From NCBI GenBank assembly GCA_050747825.1, contig JBOGJG010000277.1:9791-73790 (forward strand): DNA of 64,000 nucleotides. The letters are read 5' to 3'. The notes under the pieces were generated by a model, which ran no database searches, was not told where the DNA came from, and was given only the letters and a program-made list of their open reading frames with translations. The stretch comes from Acidobacteriota bacterium (GTDB taxonomy: Bacteria; Acidobacteriota; UBA6911; RPQK01; JBOGJG01). This document shows, piece after piece, positions 37,984 through 46,380 of the stretch. Made by a program: the position numbers and the translations under genes. Numbering within the stretch: the stretch's first letter is position 1; each line of letters starts with the position of its first letter.

Positions 37984-38310
37984 TCAGCTAATCTTGTCGA
38001 TCTTAGCCGCCAGGATGAAATCATTCTCACTGAGACCGCCAATCTTATGCGTCCAGAGGGTGACCTGGACTTTTCCCCAAGCTAGGTAGATATCGGGGTG
38101 ATGGTCCTCTTCTTCGGCGATCTCTGCCACACGATTGACAAAATCGAGGGCCGTCTGAAAATCCGAAAATTTAAAACTCTTCTCGATGTGATGATTATCA
38201 ACCACCTGCCAGTTGCGAACCTTCTCTTCAAACAGCCTGATTTCCTCAGCCCTTAGCGCTTCGGTTTCGCCCGAGCAGGCAGTGCATTTTTTCTCGGCTA
38301 GCCCAGCCAT
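37984..38310 (-). CDS. Pterin-4a-carbinolamine dehydratase
   Basis: 108 aa. [EDKH]-x(3)-H-[HN]-P motif region EEDHHPD and the family's conserved length and fold pattern. Confidence 0.75.
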   Translation of the reverse strand: MAGLAEKKCTACSGETEALRAEEIRLFEEKVRNWQVVDNHHIEKSFKFSDFQTALDFVNRVAEIAEEEDHHPDIYLAWGKVQVTLWTHKIGGLSENDFILAAKIDKIS

Positions 38311-38352
38311 ATCAACCTCCAGGAATTCATCATTTAGCCTTTATGCTAATCC

Positions 38353-38386
38353 AAAAAAAAGCCCGCGGGAAGCGGGCCTTTTCTTT
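38353..38386 (-). terminator. Rho-independent terminator downstream of the radical SAM gene
   Basis: Read on the minus strand: GGCCCGC-TTCCC-GCGGGC followed by a T8 run. Sits between the radical SAM stop (38410) and the next gene's start. Confidence 0.65.
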
Positions 38387-38409
38387 GAGAGCAGATCTTG
38401 AAGACGGCC

Positions 38410-40428
38410 TTACAGGCCAAGCTCGACCAAGTCGTCCTTCTTCTTTTTCTTGAGCACCATCTCTTCGTAGTACTCGCGGACCTGAGCTGCCTCCTTGGCA
38501 GCCTTGCGGCGAAGCAGCTTTTCGTCACGGGCCGTCTGCGGCAACTCACCCTTGTCTTTTAGGCGGGCCACGTCTTCAACGTTGAGCCTGAGCGAGTGCT
38601 CATAACTTTGCAGATTTACATTGTTACCCCCGGCAAAGATCTCATGGCGTCCGTTGTCTTCGTACCACTTGGCGACGGTTGCATTCATGTGCATGTGCTC
38701 GATGATATTGCGCCAGCCATGGCCCGTGTTGTAGGCGCAAAAGGAAATCTCACCTTCCTGAGTAGCGTAGGGGATGATGCACATCTCGGTCCGGCGAAAG
38801 TCGTAGTTGAAAAGATCCTGGAACCACATGCCTGCGATGAAGAGAAAGTTCCAGCGATCGTTGCGACGCTCTTCCGGCGTCACCCCGTAATTCTTGCCGG
38901 TCAAGCCAAAGCTCTTATCAAACTTCTTCAGAATGTCCAGAAGAGTCAGGTTTGATGGAGACTTGAACGGTTTGTAGTGCTTGAGCAACGCCAGGCCCAT
39001 CATCAAATTGGAGAAATTCTTGCTGCGGGCCGCATCCGTCAGCTTGCGCATGTCGGCGACCAATCCGGGAATATCAAGGAACTGAGGAACGGGAGCAGCC
39101 TCTTTGGTCTCCTTGTCGATCATCACGGCCGTTCCCACGCCGCAGTTGGGGTGGCAACCACAGCTCACCTGACCCCAGTCGGCATTGGGCCCATGCACTA
39201 GATCTGCAAAATCGGCAAAGGCACCCATCAGAGAAAGGGGAAACCAGTCTCGAGTGGGTTCAGTCATCCCCGTCTGCCTTTTCACATCGAGCGCCATATG
39301 GGAAAGCGTGTAGCGCTGGCGCAGCCGGCGCTCATCGGTAATGGCCTCATCACGGCCGGTGAAAGAGACCGGTTGGAAAGAAATGAAGGCAACCTTCTTG
39401 GGATTGTCCATGGCAAAGCGGATAATGGGCCCGACCTGGTCGTTGTTGACATCGTTGACCAGGGTGGTGACCAGGACGATCTCGATTCCCGCCGCGTGAA
39501 TATTGTCGATAGCCTTGAGCTTCACATCAAAGAGGTTGCCGATGTGACGGTGACTGTTGGCGTCATTGCCGATGCCGTCGAACTGCAGATAGGTGTAGCG
39601 CAGACCGGCTTCGGCCGCTTTGTGCGCAAAATCCAGGCTCTTGGCAAATTCAATTCCATTGGTCGCGCACTGCACGCTGTTGTAGCCGATCTTGCGCGCG
39701 TATTTAATGGCGCGGAAAAAGTGGGGAGACAGCGTCGGCTCGCCGCCTGAAAACTGTACCGACATCTGCCGGCGCGGCTTAATTTGCAGGGCATTGTCTA
39801 GAATCTCTTTGATTTCCTCCCACTCCAGCTCATGGACAAAACCTACCTGGTTGGCGTCCATGAAACAGGGATCACACATCATATTGCAGCGATTGGTGAG
39901 ATCGACGGTCAGCACCGATCCGCGACCATGCTTAATGGTGCTGGAGCCATGATTGTGCAATGTCTCATCGTTGTGGGCTCGAATGTCACGGCCGGGGAAA
40001 TTGGACTCGATCCACTTGAGAAATTTGGAATCGATGGCCATGATGTCCTCGAATTTCCCATGTTGAGGGCAATCCTTGACCATCCATACCTGGCCGTCGC
40101 GTTCGATAATCTGGGCTTTGACTTCTCCCACCTTTTCCTCTTTAAGGATTCGGTAGTCCTCATTGCCCTTCAAGATTTTCGCGCGCACCTCGACCACACA
40201 TTTAGGGCACAGAGAATCGGTTTCACGAGGCCAGCCGAGATTCGGCTTGGACTTCTCCCACGATTTCAACAGCGGCTTGTCGGACCAGCGCGGAGTAAAT
40301 GATGGGTTGGGCCTGTATTTATTGAAAAACTGGATAGCGTCGAAAGCTTTGCCCGCCGTAAAGCACAGGACCGAGTCGAGGCATTTGACAGCGGTTTTGG
40401 AAACGCTCCTGGGCATAAGTTCTTCCAC
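38410..40428 (-). CDS. Radical SAM protein, tetraether-lipid-synthase (Tes/GDGT-MAS)-like architecture
   Basis: 672 aa. N-terminal Cys/His ribbon (CPKC...46 aa...CPQH), radical SAM cluster motif TNRCNMMCDPCF (CxxxCxxC), and two more Cys clusters further C-terminal (SCGCHPNCG; C...C near residue 570). The Tes-like call is an inference from architecture. Confidence 0.6.
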   Translation of the reverse strand: MEELMPRSVSKTAVKCLDSVLCFTAGKAFDAIQFFNKYRPNPSFTPRWSDKPLLKSWEKSKPNLGWPRETDSLCPKCVVEVRAKILKGNEDYRILKEEKVGEVKAQIIERDGQVWMVKDCPQHGKFEDIMAIDSKFLKWIESNFPGRDIRAHNDETLHNHGSSTIKHGRGSVLTVDLTNRCNMMCDPCFMDANQVGFVHELEWEEIKEILDNALQIKPRRQMSVQFSGGEPTLSPHFFRAIKYARKIGYNSVQCATNGIEFAKSLDFAHKAAEAGLRYTYLQFDGIGNDANSHRHIGNLFDVKLKAIDNIHAAGIEIVLVTTLVNDVNNDQVGPIIRFAMDNPKKVAFISFQPVSFTGRDEAITDERRLRQRYTLSHMALDVKRQTGMTEPTRDWFPLSLMGAFADFADLVHGPNADWGQVSCGCHPNCGVGTAVMIDKETKEAAPVPQFLDIPGLVADMRKLTDAARSKNFSNLMMGLALLKHYKPFKSPSNLTLLDILKKFDKSFGLTGKNYGVTPEERRNDRWNFLFIAGMWFQDLFNYDFRRTEMCIIPYATQEGEISFCAYNTGHGWRNIIEHMHMNATVAKWYEDNGRHEIFAGGNNVNLQSYEHSLRLNVEDVARLKDKGELPQTARDEKLLRRKAAKEAAQVREYYEEMVLKKKKKDDLVELGL

Positions 40429-40586
40429 CTTTCTTTGCTTGAATTTGCTCTAAAAAGGCAAGTATCAGTCCCGCCGCATGACAGCGTCAACACAACTCCC
40501 TTCAGTCTGATGGCAAGGTTCGGATTTTTTTTAAAAAGTGATCCTATTTCCCTTCGCCCCAATGTTTTTGGTAAAATTAGGTCTCA

Positions 40587-41183
40587 ATGTTAACGATTAC
40601 TCGAGAAGCAAGAGATCAAATTCTGGCTGCTATGAAGGAGCAGGAACCCGGCAGGACCGCCGTCCGCGTGATGGCCCAGATCAGTGGGCTGGACTTTACT
40701 TACGGTATGAAACTGATCGGCCCGGAAGAGAAGAACGCTGAAGACGTGGCCATCCCTGAGGATGGCTTCGACGTGGTGATGGATGCCAAGAGCGCCGAGC
40801 ATCTCGAAGGAGCCACCCTGGATTTCGAAGATGGTATCCTGAAAAGCGGATTCAAGTTCAACAATCCTAACAAGCCGGAAGTCCCCTCCATTGGCGGAGG
40901 TCCGCGTCCTGATCTGGCGGGCCCTGTCGCCGAAAGGGTGCAGATGTTGATCGATACCGAGTTGAATCCGGCCGTGGCCGCTCACGGGGGGAAAATGAGC
41001 CTCCTCGGCGTTCGCGATGATAAAGCTTACCTGACGTTCGGAGGAGGCTGCCATGGCTGCGGGATGGTGGACGTCACCCTTAAGCAGGGAGTCGAAGCCA
41101 GAATTCGGGAGCTCATCCCTGAGATTCAGGAAGTCGTGGACGTGACCGACCACAGCACCGGCGAAAATCCCTTCTATCGTTAA
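40587..41183 (+). CDS. nfuA: NfuA-type Fe-S cluster biogenesis protein (degenerate A-type-carrier domain plus Nfu domain)
   Basis: N-terminal HesB-like domain without Cys ligands and a C-terminal Nfu domain with GGGCHGCGM (CxxC). Confidence 0.75.
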   Translation: MLTITREARDQILAAMKEQEPGRTAVRVMAQISGLDFTYGMKLIGPEEKNAEDVAIPEDGFDVVMDAKSAEHLEGATLDFEDGILKSGFKFNNPNKPEVPSIGGGPRPDLAGPVAERVQMLIDTELNPAVAAHGGKMSLLGVRDDKAYLTFGGGCHGCGMVDVTLKQGVEARIRELIPEIQEVVDVTDHSTGENPFYR

Positions 41184-41194
41184 GTACCTCGTAA

Positions 41195-42304
41195 CTACGG
41201 CAATTTTTCCGGTTCAATCACTACATGCTTGATGCGCTGGCGCCTCCAGGTATAGGTGATATGCAGGTTGCCACTGGCGGATTGGATGATGGCCGGATAG
41301 GAGTATTCCCCCGGCTCGTCTTCCAGGATGTAGGGTTGACTCCAGGTGCTGCCGTTGTCCTCCGAAAAAGCCAAATTTAACGGACTCCTTCCTTGCGGGG
41401 TGTGATTGTAAACCAGTGCTATTCGTCCGTCTTGCATCTTTACCGCATCGATTCCACTGTTCGGATTGGGCAGCAAAGTAGGCTTGGCGGGACTCCAGGT
41501 GATTCCGCCATCCTCGGAAATCGACTCACAAATGGCGCCGATGCGCTGGGTGGAACGCATCAGCATCTTCACCTTCCCAGGCTCGAACTCCCAAAGCGTA
41601 GGCTGGATCACTCCAAAGTTCTCACCGGGTACCATGATCGGACCGTGAGTTGTCCAGCTTTGGCCGTTGTCGGAACTTCGCTCCACCCAGCAGGCCCAGC
41701 TAACGTAAGGCGCCTCGCGGGGAGTATTCGGCCCGCGGCCGGCCTCGACGGAAGTGCCGGCCAGGATCTCACCACTGGACAGCGTGATCGGCTTGCTGCG
41801 AACAGGACCCAGGAGCCCGGCGGGCAAATAATTGATGTCGCCCCAACTCTTGCCCAGATCCGTCGAGAGCCGGTAAGCTCCCACCCAGGTTTGTGGACTC
41901 GGTCCAACCTTGAAAAAAAGCCAGACTCGACTCTGTTCATCGAAAAACAAAACAGGGTTCCAGCAGGGCTCGTGCGGGAAATCAGTCATCGCCTGAGGAG
42001 CCGACCAGGCGTCCGCCCCGCCGGAGGTTTTTTTCGACAACCAGATTTCTACGCTGGCATCGCCTTCATCTTTACCTCCAAACCAGGCGCACAGGAGGTC
42101 TCCGTTGGGAAGCTCCAGAATGGTGGAAGCATGGCAGGATTCAAAAGGCGCGTCGCTAAAAACGAATTCCGAGATTTCGGCTTCAGGCCTGGATGGCTGG
42201 GCCGGGGTGGTCATGGCTAATCCTGAGGCTGCAACTCCGATGGTGAAAAGGAATCGGAAAAACATGAGAATCTGTAATATAGATCCTGGTGTCCCGATTC
42301 GCAA
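41195..42304 (-). CDS. BNR/Asp-box repeat glycosidase (exo-alpha-sialidase-like), secreted
   Basis: Four Asp-box repeats SxDxGxTW (STDLGKSW, SSDNGQSW, SEDGGITW, SEDNGSTW). Signal peptide present. Confidence 0.7.
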   Translation of the reverse strand: MRIGTPGSILQILMFFRFLFTIGVAASGLAMTTPAQPSRPEAEISEFVFSDAPFESCHASTILELPNGDLLCAWFGGKDEGDASVEIWLSKKTSGGADAWSAPQAMTDFPHEPCWNPVLFFDEQSRVWLFFKVGPSPQTWVGAYRLSTDLGKSWGDINYLPAGLLGPVRSKPITLSSGEILAGTSVEAGRGPNTPREAPYVSWACWVERSSDNGQSWTTHGPIMVPGENFGVIQPTLWEFEPGKVKMLMRSTQRIGAICESISEDGGITWSPAKPTLLPNPNSGIDAVKMQDGRIALVYNHTPQGRSPLNLAFSEDNGSTWSQPYILEDEPGEYSYPAIIQSASGNLHITYTWRRQRIKHVVIEPEKLP

Positions 42305-42422
42305 TTAGGTTTTGAGATTAGATATACTTTACTCTTCCAGCAAGGTGGTACGCGCGTTTGTACTGGCTCCGTACTTCTGATATAAAATGACGCTTTTTAA
42401 AGCATGCCACTTGAGGTGTGGA

Positions 42423-43601
42423 ATGAATAAGAGATATGTAGCTCTGTTATTGCTCGTTGTGCTGGCTCCGATCGGCATCCTCTCCTGTAACGGGGGCACT
42501 GGCGGGGCGGACGGTGTATTTGCACAGATGCAGAAGGAACGCCGCGCTTACGTGGCCACCGTACCGTTCGAACCGCCTCTAATCTTTCAGGCCGGCGGGC
42601 AGATGGTTGGTCCGGATGCGGAACTGGCGCGCCGCGTGGTTGAGAAGATCAATGAGAAGCTGGGTGCCAGCGGTATCGAGTTGGACTTTATCACCCGCAA
42701 CTACAGCACTATCATTCCTGCCGTGCAAAACCATGAGGCCGCCTTTGGACTCGGTGTTCTGGGAATAACGGACCAGCGCAAGCAGCACATCCAGTTCTCC
42801 AATCCTTATTACGTGTCCGAACTGGTGATGCTGATTGACCCCGCCCATAAGGATATTCGTTCCAATCAGCTCGACGGTGCCAAGATTGGCGTACGATCCA
42901 ACACGGCTGCCGCCGAATTCGTGCACAAGCAATATGAGCAAAGTACGGTCCAGGGATTCGGCACTCTCGACGATGCTGTCCTGGCTCTGAGACGGGGCGA
43001 CATTGACGCTGTCATTGACGATCGCAACATGGGCGCCTTTGCCCTGGCCACCCTTCCTGCAGTAACTCAACTGGAAATCATCCCTGGTGTCATTGCCGAA
43101 ATCCAGTGCGCCGTGGCCGTCGCTCAGGGAAACAGTGAGCTGCTCGACATTGTCAATGAGGTGATCGCCACTGTTCAGGCCGAAAACCTTTATGCGCAGT
43201 GGCTCAATGAGCAACTAGGCGAGCGGCTCGCCCAGCTCGCCCAGGTGGAAGGGCGACACGCCGCCCGAACCGAAAAAGAACGTCAGGCTCGAGCCCACCG
43301 CCAGGTTGTCATTCGGGTCTCCAAAGATGCCTCCAATCCGTTCGATATTTACCGTTTCGCCAACCTGAGCTTTGTGCTGACCAATCGTGACACCGGGCAG
43401 ACTTACAGTACCTCGCGGATTCATTTTCAGGGCCGGGTGGGGGTCAGCAGCACCAATGTGCCTCCGGGCACCTATTCGCTGTCTCTCCCCAGGTTCGGAT
43501 TTAATGCGGGCTCAGTTGCAATCGGCTCTCAAGACGCCCGCCAGGTGAACATCTCGATCCGCCTGGGCTCCAATAACCAGGTCTCAGTCACAAAAAGCTA
43601 G
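42423..43601 (+). CDS. Substrate-binding lipoprotein (type-3 periplasmic binding fold) with C-terminal extension
   Basis: Signal plus lipobox ...GILSCNGG. Solute-binding PBP fold blocks and an extra C-terminal domain of about 120 aa. Start set at MNKRYV. Confidence 0.6.
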   Translation: MNKRYVALLLLVVLAPIGILSCNGGTGGADGVFAQMQKERRAYVATVPFEPPLIFQAGGQMVGPDAELARRVVEKINEKLGASGIELDFITRNYSTIIPAVQNHEAAFGLGVLGITDQRKQHIQFSNPYYVSELVMLIDPAHKDIRSNQLDGAKIGVRSNTAAAEFVHKQYEQSTVQGFGTLDDAVLALRRGDIDAVIDDRNMGAFALATLPAVTQLEIIPGVIAEIQCAVAVAQGNSELLDIVNEVIATVQAENLYAQWLNEQLGERLAQLAQVEGRHAARTEKERQARAHRQVVIRVSKDASNPFDIYRFANLSFVLTNRDTGQTYSTSRIHFQGRVGVSSTNVPPGTYSLSLPRFGFNAGSVAIGSQDARQVNISIRLGSNNQVSVTKS

Positions 43602-43627
43602 TGTAGTGCCCAGGCTCACTTTTGCTC

Positions 43628-43656
43628 TTGACACTCGTAAAATCCTGCCTAATACT
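43628..43656 (+). promoter_or_regulatory. Sigma70-type promoter upstream of the porin gene
   Basis: TTGACA (43628-33), 16-nt spacer, TAATAC (43650-55). Confidence 0.5.
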
Positions 43657-43661
43657 CTTAG

Positions 43662-43690
43662 CTAATGAAATTGATTTTCAATTTCATTAG
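43662..43690. promoter_or_regulatory. Perfect 13-bp-arm AT-rich palindrome (operator candidate) at the porin transcription start region
   Basis: CTAATGAAATTGA-TTT-TCAATTTCATTAG, immediately downstream of the -10 element. Confidence 0.55.
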
Positions 43691-43721
43691 TTGGAATTGA
43701 ATTCGAGGGACGAATGGGGAA

Positions 43722-43750
43722 GGAGCGCGTTGCTCGCAGCAACGCGCTCC
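43722..43750 (+). other. Perfect 13-bp GC-rich stem-loop in the porin 5' leader
   Basis: GGAGCGCGTTGCT-CGC-AGCAACGCGCTCC. A further 7-bp hairpin (GACTCTC-tatttg-GAGAGTC) sits at about 43793-43812. The leader from -10 to the ATG is roughly 195 nt. Confidence 0.5.
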
Positions 43751-43852
43751 CGTTGGCGCCAGGTTTTGCTCGTTTCCAACGCCGTCCTCAGTATAAGGAC
43801 TCTCTATTTGGAGAGTCAAACGTCCCTCCTCACTAAACAGAAGGAGGAGAAG

Positions 43853-45238
43853 ATGAGGAATTATTGGTTTGGTTTTCGGGGTGCGGCCAGAGCATGGCTT
43901 CTGCTGTATGTGGTCTGGTCAACGGCGGGGGCGGTCTGGGGCGCTCAACGAGACGAGGCGGATGAATTGAAAGCCAGAATCGAGGAGTTGGAGAAACGCC
44001 TGGGGCAGTTGGAAACAAAGGAGGAGGCGCCCGCTTCTGAGAGAACCGTCAATGTGGAAGAATTAAGGCGCCAACTGGACATCCTGGCCCAGGAAGTCGA
44101 AAGGATGCGTGCCGGAGAGCAGAAGATAGAGCTAAGCGAGGCGCAAAAACGGGGACTGGGACTGGCCCCTTCGGCGGGAGCGACTTACGAGAGGCGACAG
44201 GGAATTTCCCTTTCCGGCTACGGAGAGATGCTCTACCAGAATCGCGATGATGAGAATGAAAGCGGGTTACCCAGTTCAGATGACACTCGACTCGACTTTC
44301 TCAGGCACGTCTTCTACATGGGATATCGTTTCAGCGACAAACTGATTTTCAATTCGGAAATCGAAGTCGAGCACGCCAATGAGATCGGCGTCGAGTTCGC
44401 CTATATCGATTTTCTGGCCAACGAACATATCGGCCTGCGAGGCGGAATGTTGCTGCTTCCTATGGGCCTCACCAACGAGTTCCATGAACCAAATGTCTTC
44501 CTGGGAGCCAAGCGTCCTGAGACGGAGACCCGGATCATCCCCTCCACCTGGCGGGAGAACGGATTTGGAGTGGTCGGCAGGGCCGGAATCTTTAACTACC
44601 GCGCTTACGTTGTCAACGGACTCAACGCCGCCAATTTCAGCGCCAGCGGTATCAGAGGCGGGCGCCAGAAAGGCAGCCAGGCCAGGGCGCAGGATCTGGC
44701 CTTTGTGGGACGCCTTGACGTCAACCCTACCCCCGGCGTCTTCTTTGGCGGATCACTTTACCGGGGCGGCTCGGATCAGGGGCAATTCGAGGTAAGCGGC
44801 AGCGAGTTGAGCGTCGATACACTCATCGGGGAAGTGCATGGACAGGTTCAAGTCCGGGGTCTGGATCTCAGGGGCCTTTACGCACAGGCCCAACTGGACG
44901 ATGTCGCCGGCCTGAATTTGGCCCTGGGCCGGTCAGGCTCACAGGCGATTGCCCAGACTATGGAGGGCGGCTATTTGCAGTTTGGGTATAACGTCCTCTC
45001 CCAGCATACAGAGCGGTTTCGGCTGACGCCTTATTACCGGCTCGAAATGGTGGATACTCAGGCCGAGCTCCCGGCCGGCTTCACCTCCAATGAGGCGCAG
45101 GACGGCATTTTTCATACCATGGGATTCGAGTTTCGTCCCATTCACGGCGTGGTGGTCAAGACCGACTACCAGTGGATACGCAATGAGGCAAATAGCGGGC
45201 TGAATCAGTTCAATGTAAACCTGGGCTATGCCTTTTGA
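43853..45238 (+). CDS. Outer-membrane porin with N-terminal coiled coil (OprO/P- or DcaP-like)
   Basis: Signal peptide, an approximately 70-aa heptad coiled coil, then an amphipathic beta-strand barrel ending ...NVNLGYAF (C-terminal Phe). Start set at MRNYWFG with an AAGGAGGAG SD. Confidence 0.6.
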   Translation: MRNYWFGFRGAARAWLLLYVVWSTAGAVWGAQRDEADELKARIEELEKRLGQLETKEEAPASERTVNVEELRRQLDILAQEVERMRAGEQKIELSEAQKRGLGLAPSAGATYERRQGISLSGYGEMLYQNRDDENESGLPSSDDTRLDFLRHVFYMGYRFSDKLIFNSEIEVEHANEIGVEFAYIDFLANEHIGLRGGMLLLPMGLTNEFHEPNVFLGAKRPETETRIIPSTWRENGFGVVGRAGIFNYRAYVVNGLNAANFSASGIRGGRQKGSQARAQDLAFVGRLDVNPTPGVFFGGSLYRGGSDQGQFEVSGSELSVDTLIGEVHGQVQVRGLDLRGLYAQAQLDDVAGLNLALGRSGSQAIAQTMEGGYLQFGYNVLSQHTERFRLTPYYRLEMVDTQAELPAGFTSNEAQDGIFHTMGFEFRPIHGVVVKTDYQWIRNEANSGLNQFNVNLGYAF

Positions 45239-45304
45239 GCCACGGATTTCACAGATTGATGCCGATCATTCTGCGTCATCCGTGCCATCCGTGGCTAAAA
45301 ACAC

Positions 45305-45901
45305 GTGACTGAATTTATGCACCAATGTACTAAGCCTTTCCGCCACGGCCGATGGCGGCGCCGCACACTGGCTGTCCTTTTTTTCTTGTACCCGGCCGGT
45401 GTACTCGGCGGACCGGTTATCAGCCGCGAGGAGGCTCTGGCGGCCGCCTACTCGGAGGCGGCTATTGAGGCGGAAAGGATCTTTTTAACTGAGCGCCAGC
45501 TCAGGCAGGCGGAAGCTCTCTGCGGAGAGGAAATCCCCAGCCCGCTGATTGCGCGTTACACAGCCATTCGAGATGGGAAGATCGTCGGCCGTGCCTATAT
45601 AGACACTCATGTAGTCCGAACGAAGAACGAAAGTCTCCTCATATGCCTGGACCAAGCAGGCAAGGTCAGGAGAATTGAAGTCACTGCCTTTATGGAGCCG
45701 CCGGAGTATCAGGCCTCCGAAGCCTGGCTGAATCAGTATCGGGATAAACATCTGAGCGATGATCTGCATTTGCAGCGCTCGATCCGTGCCATTGCCGGAG
45801 CCACGCTTACAGCCTTGGCTGCCAATCGCGCGGTGCGGCGAGTGCTGGCTATCGATCGCGTTCTCACACAGACCGTCGCTCATTCTCGGGCGAAGAAATG
45901 A
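45305..45901 (+). CDS. FMN-binding domain protein (flavinylation substrate), exported
   Basis: N-terminal Arg-rich signal/anchor, FMN_bind-type domain with flavinylation motif IAGATLTA (the [ST]GAT[LIV][ST] context of NqrC/RnfG/NosR). Confidence 0.65.
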   Translation: MTEFMHQCTKPFRHGRWRRRTLAVLFFLYPAGVLGGPVISREEALAAAYSEAAIEAERIFLTERQLRQAEALCGEEIPSPLIARYTAIRDGKIVGRAYIDTHVVRTKNESLLICLDQAGKVRRIEVTAFMEPPEYQASEAWLNQYRDKHLSDDLHLQRSIRAIAGATLTALAANRAVRRVLAIDRVLTQTVAHSRAKK

Positions 45902-46374
45902 ATACCTGGGAGAAGTGGACTTTTCACATCTCAGCGGTCCTCGTCTCATTGACCGGAGTGGCTTATCTGTGGATGAAGTATCTGTTGGAAGGCAGCGATC
46001 CCTTCAGCGTGATCAATCACCCCTGGCAGCCTTTTTTCCTGCACCTTCATATTGTGGCAGCTCCTTTCCTGCTCTTCATTGTGGGGGTACTCTTCCCCTC
46101 CCATATCCTGGGAAAACTCGGCAAGACGAAGGTGCCCAATCGCCGCTCCGGCTGGGTGACGCTGATCTCTTTTCCCATTATGGCCGTCTCCGGCTATCTG
46201 CTTCAGGTGGTAAACCACCCTCTGCTCCTTCAGATGACCCTGCTGCTGCATCTGGCCGGCGGTGGGCTTTTTGTGGTGTCTTATGCCATCCACCAGGTGG
46301 TCAGCGTCCGCCTCCTCAAAGCCGCCTACGGGCGCAAGGCAGGTGACGGGTGGCAGGTGACGGGTGGCAGGTGA
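45898..46374 (+). CDS. His-rich 4-TM membrane protein (MsrQ-like/DUF4405-like putative b-type haem carrier)
   Basis: Four predicted TM helices with conserved His in TM1, TM2 and TM4. ATGA start/stop overlap with the upstream gene. The C-terminal tail is encoded by a 14-mer tandem repeat. Confidence 0.5.
   Translation: MNTWEKWTFHISAVLVSLTGVAYLWMKYLLEGSDPFSVINHPWQPFFLHLHIVAAPFLLFIVGVLFPSHILGKLGKTKVPNRRSGWVTLISFPIMAVSGYLLQVVNHPLLLQMTLLLHLAGGGLFVVSYAIHQVVSVRLLKAAYGRKAGDGWQVTGGR
46338..46374. repeat. Tandem 14-mer (GGCAGGTGACGGGT) x about 2.6
   Basis: ggcaggtgacgggtggcaggtgacgggtggcaggtga, at the 3' end of the 4-TM gene. Confidence 0.8.
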
Positions 46375-46380
46375 AACAGC

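Noticed and set aside
43691-43852. N-terminal 54-codon extension of the porin ORF (MELNSRDEWGRS...)
   Set aside because: It reads through two perfect 13-bp hairpins and has no RBS. The real start, MRNYWFG at 43853, has an AAGGAGGAG SD and begins the signal peptide.
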